Positions 18,585 to 22,529 of a stretch of 22,529 bases of DNA are shown piece after piece. The notes below the pieces were generated by a model. The model saw only the letters and a program-made list of their open reading frames with translations. It was not told the DNA's origin and did not search any database. This stretch comes from a virus (lineage: Duplodnaviria > Heunggongvirae > Uroviricota > Caudoviricetes). How positions within the stretch are numbered: the first letter of the stretch is position 1; each line of letters begins with the position of its first letter. The position numbers and the translations under genes were made by a program. The stretch lies in the IMG/VR virus record IMGVR_UViG_3300029417_000071, one strand, 5' to 3'.

Positions 18585-19337
18585 TTATCTCGTCACCTTC
18601 CTCAATTGCGCTTCCGCGTATGCTTCTTCCTGCCAGCACTTTGTTACCAGTTTATCAATGACGTCCGCATACCCCTTATACCACTGATAATCGGTCAGGT
18701 CTGGTACCAGCTTCTGGACATGACGTCGTGCCAGCGTGGTCGGTAAACGACTAAATCGGTTTCCATTACAACGCCCACAAATCTTATATACCGGTACGCC
18801 ATGAAACCGGGTTCTTTTTTCATCCAGAACAATCCCTTTACCCTTACACCCTCTGCACGCTGTGCTGACTTCGCCCTTACCATGGCAATGCTGACATAGT
18901 TCCTTCACCCATTCTTCCTTGATTACAGATTCCCCGCGTCTGTAGTGTTTCACCACTTCGCGCAATACATTATAAAATCCCGTACCTGAACAATGCTCAC
19001 AGCGAGCCTTACTTGCCGCAGACCTGGAGTAATCAGCAAAGGCAAAATTCACAAGGTAAGGAATAATCTGTAACCGGATTTCTTCACTCAATTTGTTCAA
19101 TGTCGGGTTATCCAGTGCCATCGCGTAATTTAGCAGGCCTTCAATCGCAAACTGAGGGTCCTGAACACCAACTTTTGCCAGAAATAAGGCCAACCCAAGT
19201 GGTGCTTTCGACTGCACCATCCCCTGCGCTGCCATTACATCCGTAATTGTTAAACAACCGGTGCCTGTCGCTGGAGCGTCATCGCTCAATTTTGGAGATT
19301 TTGGGGAGTAATATTTTGGTAAGGCTTCAAGGTTCAT
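18585..19337 (-). CDS. quuQ: late antiterminator Q
   Basis: 250 aa; Cys-rich zinc-binding region CEHCSGTGF...CQHCHGKGE...CRGCKGKG...CGRCNGN; position immediately upstream of PR' and the lysis genes. Confidence 0.85.
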   Translation of the reverse strand: MNLEALPKYYSPKSPKLSDDAPATGTGCLTITDVMAAQGMVQSKAPLGLALFLAKVGVQDPQFAIEGLLNYAMALDNPTLNKLSEEIRLQIIPYLVNFAFADYSRSAASKARCEHCSGTGFYNVLREVVKHYRRGESVIKEEWVKELCQHCHGKGEVSTACRGCKGKGIVLDEKRTRFHGVPVYKICGRCNGNRFSRLPTTLARRHVQKLVPDLTDYQWYKGYADVIDKLVTKCWQEEAYAEAQLRKVTR

Positions 19338-19350
19338 GCTCGTTCTCCAC

Positions 19351-20400
19351 TTACGCCAGTACGCCAGTTGCCAGCGCGCGATCGATAAAACGAAATATCA
19401 GCTCCAGTTGGGAGCCATACTTCTCTTCAAATGCCACTGTATCCGTATGCAGCTCGTTGTGATGCTTTCTGCACAAAGGCAACACAAAGAGATCATGTGC
19501 TTTTGTTCCCATTCCGCCCTGCCCGTGACCAATCAGATGATGCGGATCGTCGGCTGGCATACCGCAGCAAGCACACGGCTGTGTCTTAACCCAACGAGTG
19601 TATTTCTCCTTAACCCAGCGGCGACGTTTAGGCAGCTTCATGAAAGATTCCGGAGACTCTGGATCAACGGTGATGCTTACCACCGTCTTTTCCTGTGGTG
19701 GTTTTTGTTGCTGGTGGGCGTAAGGCAACGGTGCAAGATTTTCTGTGCGTTGTTTCAATATGCTGGTGGCGGTCTGCTCTCCCTGTACGATGTCGCTTTC
19801 GCGGTACACCGAGCAGATTTTTTCCGCTGGTAATCCCAGCGAACGACGCGATACAGCCTCAGGTAGTGCATCCACCACCTGATTGCAGACCGCCCACCAG
19901 GATAATTCAGCCAAAGATAATTCCCGCTCCTGCGTACCGCTTATTGCGTGACGGATGACGTCAATCACCCATGCTGTCAGATTTTGTTGAGCAAGCAGCT
20001 CCAGTGATTCCGATGTCTGGTCACGCAGTTGGTTGTCGCAGTGCCAGCACAACACCATTGCGCCGGTACCATAACGGTGAATGACTGTTTCAGTGTGATG
20101 GTAATCGCCATTAGGCCACTGGCAGGATGTAACATGACGTAATAGCCAGTCAGACAATGCGCCAACGCCGCCAGTAGCACGAATCACCCGTTCGTTACTA
20201 AAAAACGGCAGCAATGTTTTGTCTTCTGCCAGCGGCTGGCGAACGGCAGGAACGACTCCGGATGGCAGATTTCGCATGCTTTTTGGTTCCGGTTCCACCA
20301 GCACTCGAGGATTATGAAATATCTGTATGGATTCACGGCCCGGCTTAAGGACCACCAGCCCAAGCTCAGGCACCAGAACAGGTCTAAGTAATACCCGCAC
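19351..20400 (-). CDS. ydfU: DUF968 protein YdfU-like with C-terminal HNH-like Cys/His motif
   Basis: Track ORF 19351..20439; GTG at 20400 has a perfect SD GGAGGT 5 nt upstream that overlaps the stop of the upstream gene, giving 349 aa. C-terminus QPCACCGMPADDPHHLIGHGQGG...PLCRKHHNELH. Confidence 0.75.
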   Translation of the reverse strand: MRVLLRPVLVPELGLVVLKPGRESIQIFHNPRVLVEPEPKSMRNLPSGVVPAVRQPLAEDKTLLPFFSNERVIRATGGVGALSDWLLRHVTSCQWPNGDYHHTETVIHRYGTGAMVLCWHCDNQLRDQTSESLELLAQQNLTAWVIDVIRHAISGTQERELSLAELSWWAVCNQVVDALPEAVSRRSLGLPAEKICSVYRESDIVQGEQTATSILKQRTENLAPLPYAHQQQKPPQEKTVVSITVDPESPESFMKLPKRRRWVKEKYTRWVKTQPCACCGMPADDPHHLIGHGQGGMGTKAHDLFVLPLCRKHHNELHTDTVAFEEKYGSQLELIFRFIDRALATGVLA

Positions 20401-20401
20401 G

Positions 20402-20680
20402 TTACCTCCAGATCCGTTGCTGGAAAGTGCGGGACGCACGTGGTGGGCGTTCGGAATAAGGCAGCCTGACAGAGATTATCCAGTGCCGATAGTCGAGACT
20501 GAGAGCTTTCTTAACCTCGAACCCGCGCCTGCGGTAAGAATGAATCAGCCATTCGGCCTGTTCTGCAGTGCATGGAGGGTGCTGGAACCATTCAGACTTG
20601 AATGCGTGAGAATACCGCCCGTGCGTGCAGGCAAGAACGGGCGAATTATCAGAATTGTAATATTTTACGTTGCGTGCCAT
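20402..20680 (-). CDS. hypothetical Cys/His-containing protein (92 aa), translationally coupled to ydfU
   Basis: MARNVKYYNSDNSPVLACTHGRYSHAFKSEWFQHPPCTAEQ...; SD GGAG upstream; stop TAA sits inside the ydfU SD. Confidence 0.6.
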   Translation of the reverse strand: MARNVKYYNSDNSPVLACTHGRYSHAFKSEWFQHPPCTAEQAEWLIHSYRRRGFEVKKALSLDYRHWIISVRLPYSERPPRASRTFQQRIWR

Positions 20681-20746
20681 CGGTTTTCTCCGGTGGCACG
20701 GTGTTACTCAGCGGGAGTTCAGCCCCGCGCAAGATTGTAGATGAGT

Positions 20747-20998
20747 TTATTCTTCTGCAAAAGCAGAAAAGCCAGCTTTTATTCCGATCTCTTTCAATGC
20801 CTGTAATGAAGTGACAAACTCACCTTCGCGCAAGATAAATCCGTCCGTGACCCGAGCATCCACAAAATTAATTAACGCAGCCCCATTCTTTCGCAAACAC
20901 ATAATGCGGTAATGACTAACAAGATTTCCATTTTCAACGCACACAGCATAGAGGCCATCTTCACAAAAAATTTTACGCAGTTCTTCGATGTTCATCAT
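20747..20998 (-). CDS. hypothetical protein (83 aa), possibly Rem-like by size and position
   Basis: MMNIEELRKIFCEDGLYAVCVENGNLVSHYRIMCLRKNGAALINFVDARV...; located between hokD and ydfU as rem is in Qin, from memory. Confidence 0.5.
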   Translation of the reverse strand: MMNIEELRKIFCEDGLYAVCVENGNLVSHYRIMCLRKNGAALINFVDARVTDGFILREGEFVTSLQALKEIGIKAGFSAFAEE

Positions 20999-21117
20999 CA
21001 GAATCCTTCCGGATAATTAGCTCTCCCCTTTAAGGGACCATCCCTCTTATCCCTGCGCGCTACTTAAGTATTTTTGATTCTATTCCGGCACCGTCCAGAT
21101 CTTCAAACGCGTTGAAA

Positions 21118-21146
21118 ATAAAAACAAAAACCCGCCGAAGCGGGTT
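21118..21146 (-). terminator. intrinsic terminator after hokD
   Basis: Minus strand reads CCCGCTTCGGCGGG followed by TTTTTGTTTTT. Confidence 0.6.
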
Positions 21147-21214
21147 AAGTGCGGGTGCGTTGAGGATGCCTGCCACATCAGAGGTGGCGAGGGATTTCTC
21201 CCTCGCCGGGTCTC

Positions 21215-21370
21215 TTACTCCTCAGGTTCGTAAGCTGTGAAGACAGCGACCTCCGTCTGGCCGGTTCGGATTCGTACCTCGCAGAGGTCTTTCCTCGTTA
21301 CCAGTGCCGTCACTATGACGGTTAAACAGATGACGATCAGGGCGATTAACATCGCCTTTTGCTGCTTCAT
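21215..21370 (-). CDS. hokD: Hok-family type I toxin HokD (RelF)
   Basis: Track ORF 21215..21427; Met20 at 21370 gives 51 aa MKQQKAMLIALIVICLTVIVTALVTRKDLCEVRIRTGQTEVAVFTAYEPEE; SD AAGGAG; followed by a hok-mRNA-like 3' stem-loop GGCGAGGGA tttc TCCCTCGCC (about 21186-21207). Confidence 0.85.
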   Translation of the reverse strand: MKQQKAMLIALIVICLTVIVTALVTRKDLCEVRIRTGQTEVAVFTAYEPEE

Positions 21371-22044
21371 AGCCTGCTTCTCCTTGCCTTTCGGCTCGTA
21401 AGAGGCTAACCTACATGTGTCTAGCATGAAATTGGCCTCAGATTAATGTTAAGCGTCTTGCAGGACGCGTAATGTTAACTGGGGCTTTTCTCTATCTGCC
21501 TTTGGTGTTCATGCCCGAGGCAGATAGCCTCAAGCACCCGCAGCCATTCTACTTAACTACCGTTACCTCGCCAATATGAAATCAGTCAGAAAGGCGATCC
21601 ATAAGAACAATAGCAAGACAATAAATCGCCATTACAGCCGTAATAGCCAGCGCACATTTGAGAACCAGCACCACAACCTCCTGTATTGGACGTAGACCAG
21701 TCCTGATGAATATGAGGCTGTCTCGTCAGTGATTCAATACAACTATTGGGTATAGTTTCTCTGATTTTTTCTGTGGAAATGGGGCACAACCACTAGTCAC
21801 CACCAGCACTTCTTTTAATACGCAAAGTCCGACACAAGCTAACCTTCTAGTCCGCTTTGAGCGAAAAACAGCCATAATTTAGTGCCACGTATATAATGAT
21901 AGAGCTATTCAAGCTAGCAATTCACATGTAAAAATTCAGAGGGTAGAAGCACATAGTTATAAATGTTGGCTCCATCGACAAATTGCGGTCTCAAGTACAT
22001 TTATTAATGTTGCCCCCGCATTAACAAATCATCAAGGTGACGAC

Positions 22045-22503
22045 ATGGACGATATTAATATCAGCCTCGACGAACTTAACACTATTGATTTATCCCCCTT
22101 AATCCAGAGTAAGCTGCCAGTTACCTGCTTTGATATCACAAAGTATCTTTCTAGCCTAGGTGATGGAAGAGCGGAGATAAGACTGCTAACCCATATTTGC
22201 GGTTTTCACTTTCGTCCCGAAAATCCACAGGTACCATTTGGTCCGTGCTTTCAAAGCAGCCAAGGTAGATCTGCAATTCCGGATGACATTAACGGGTTGT
22301 CGCTGGAGGTACTTTCTCAATTTTGCCCGACGATAGAGCTACCCGAACTTCAAGCTCGTATTGCTGATACACTTTGGGTTCGTAAAATTGGTGGAATCCG
22401 TTTTCCTTTGCTGGCAGTCCGTGCTTATTATGCGTCCAGTATAGCTATTATGACTGAACCGCCCCGGGAATCCTGGAGACTAAACTTCCTGAGAAAGAGG
22501 TAA
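22045..22503 (+). CDS. hypothetical protein (152 aa), first gene of an unknown plus-strand operon
   Basis: MDDINISLDELNTIDLSPLIQSKLPVTCFDITKYLSSLGDGRAEIRLL...; SD AAGGTG; preceded by an AT-rich promoter-like region; no family recognised. Confidence 0.55.
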   Translation: MDDINISLDELNTIDLSPLIQSKLPVTCFDITKYLSSLGDGRAEIRLLTHICGFHFRPENPQVPFGPCFQSSQGRSAIPDDINGLSLEVLSQFCPTIELPELQARIADTLWVRKIGGIRFPLLAVRAYYASSIAIMTEPPRESWRLNFLRKR

Positions 22504-22508
22504 ACAGG

Positions 22509-22529
22509 ATGACTAAAAATACTCGTTTT
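22509..22529 (+). CDS. 5' end of a downstream gene (MTKNTRF...), truncated by the window edge
   Basis: ATG at 22509 follows SD AAGAGG and lies 5 nt after the stop of the 152 aa gene, suggesting an operon. Confidence 0.3.

Noticed and set aside
18438-18883. ORFs 18438..18746 (+) and 18695..18883 (-)
   Set aside because: Overlap the Q gene and the PR' region; antisense or alternate frame.
19247-20180. ORFs antisense to or inside ydfU (19247..19462, 19336..19833, 19695..19958, 19977..20180)
   Set aside because: Shadows of the DUF968 gene.
20327-20814. Plus ORFs 20327..20740 and 20602..20814
   Set aside because: Antisense to the coupled 92 aa / ydfU genes and the 83 aa gene.
21586-21789. 67 aa Cys/Gly-rich minus ORF (microcin-like composition)
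   Set aside because: No recognisable SD or promoter context, and it sits in the presumed hokD upstream region; composition probably accidental. Weakly retained as a curiosity only.
21430-22040. Search for relE/relB remnants, integrase, or an att site upstream of hokD
   Set aside because: No ORF resembling RelE or RelB in any frame, and no tRNA-like sequence or direct repeats identifiable by eye.

Overview
The window is the late region of a lambdoid, Qin-like prophage from an E. coli-like enterobacterium, encoded almost entirely on the minus strand. Read in phage order (high to low coordinate) it holds: an unknown plus-strand operon that starts at 22045 and runs off the right edge; the Hok-family toxin hokD; two small unknown genes; DUF968 ydfU; antiterminator Q; a PR'-like late promoter with a tR'-like terminator; the cold-shock morons cspF and cspB; a lysis cassette (S21-like pinholin, ydfR, SAR endolysin, Rz/Rz1 spanins); a second moron block (cspI, ynfN-like, gnsB, ydfO, ynfO-like); a putative cos site; then terminase small and large subunits, W, portal, a prohead protease-major capsid fusion, DUF2190, FII-like, Z, U, V, G and G-T, and the first 2.6 kb of the tape measure gene, which runs off the left edge. 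Gene junctions in the structural module are tightly coupled by overlapping stop/start codons. The gene set matches what I recall of E. coli K-12 Qin, but here the morphogenesis module looks intact. I found no tRNA, rRNA, CRISPR array, integrase or transposase. All calls rest on reading the sequence and on recalled homologies; no database search was run, and coordinates I derived by hand (small ORFs, promoters, terminators, cos) may be off by 1-2 nt. The most likely places for something undescribed are the truncated operon at 22045 onward, the ydfU plus upstream Cys/His protein pair, the hokD locus context, and the small ORFs near cos and cspF.
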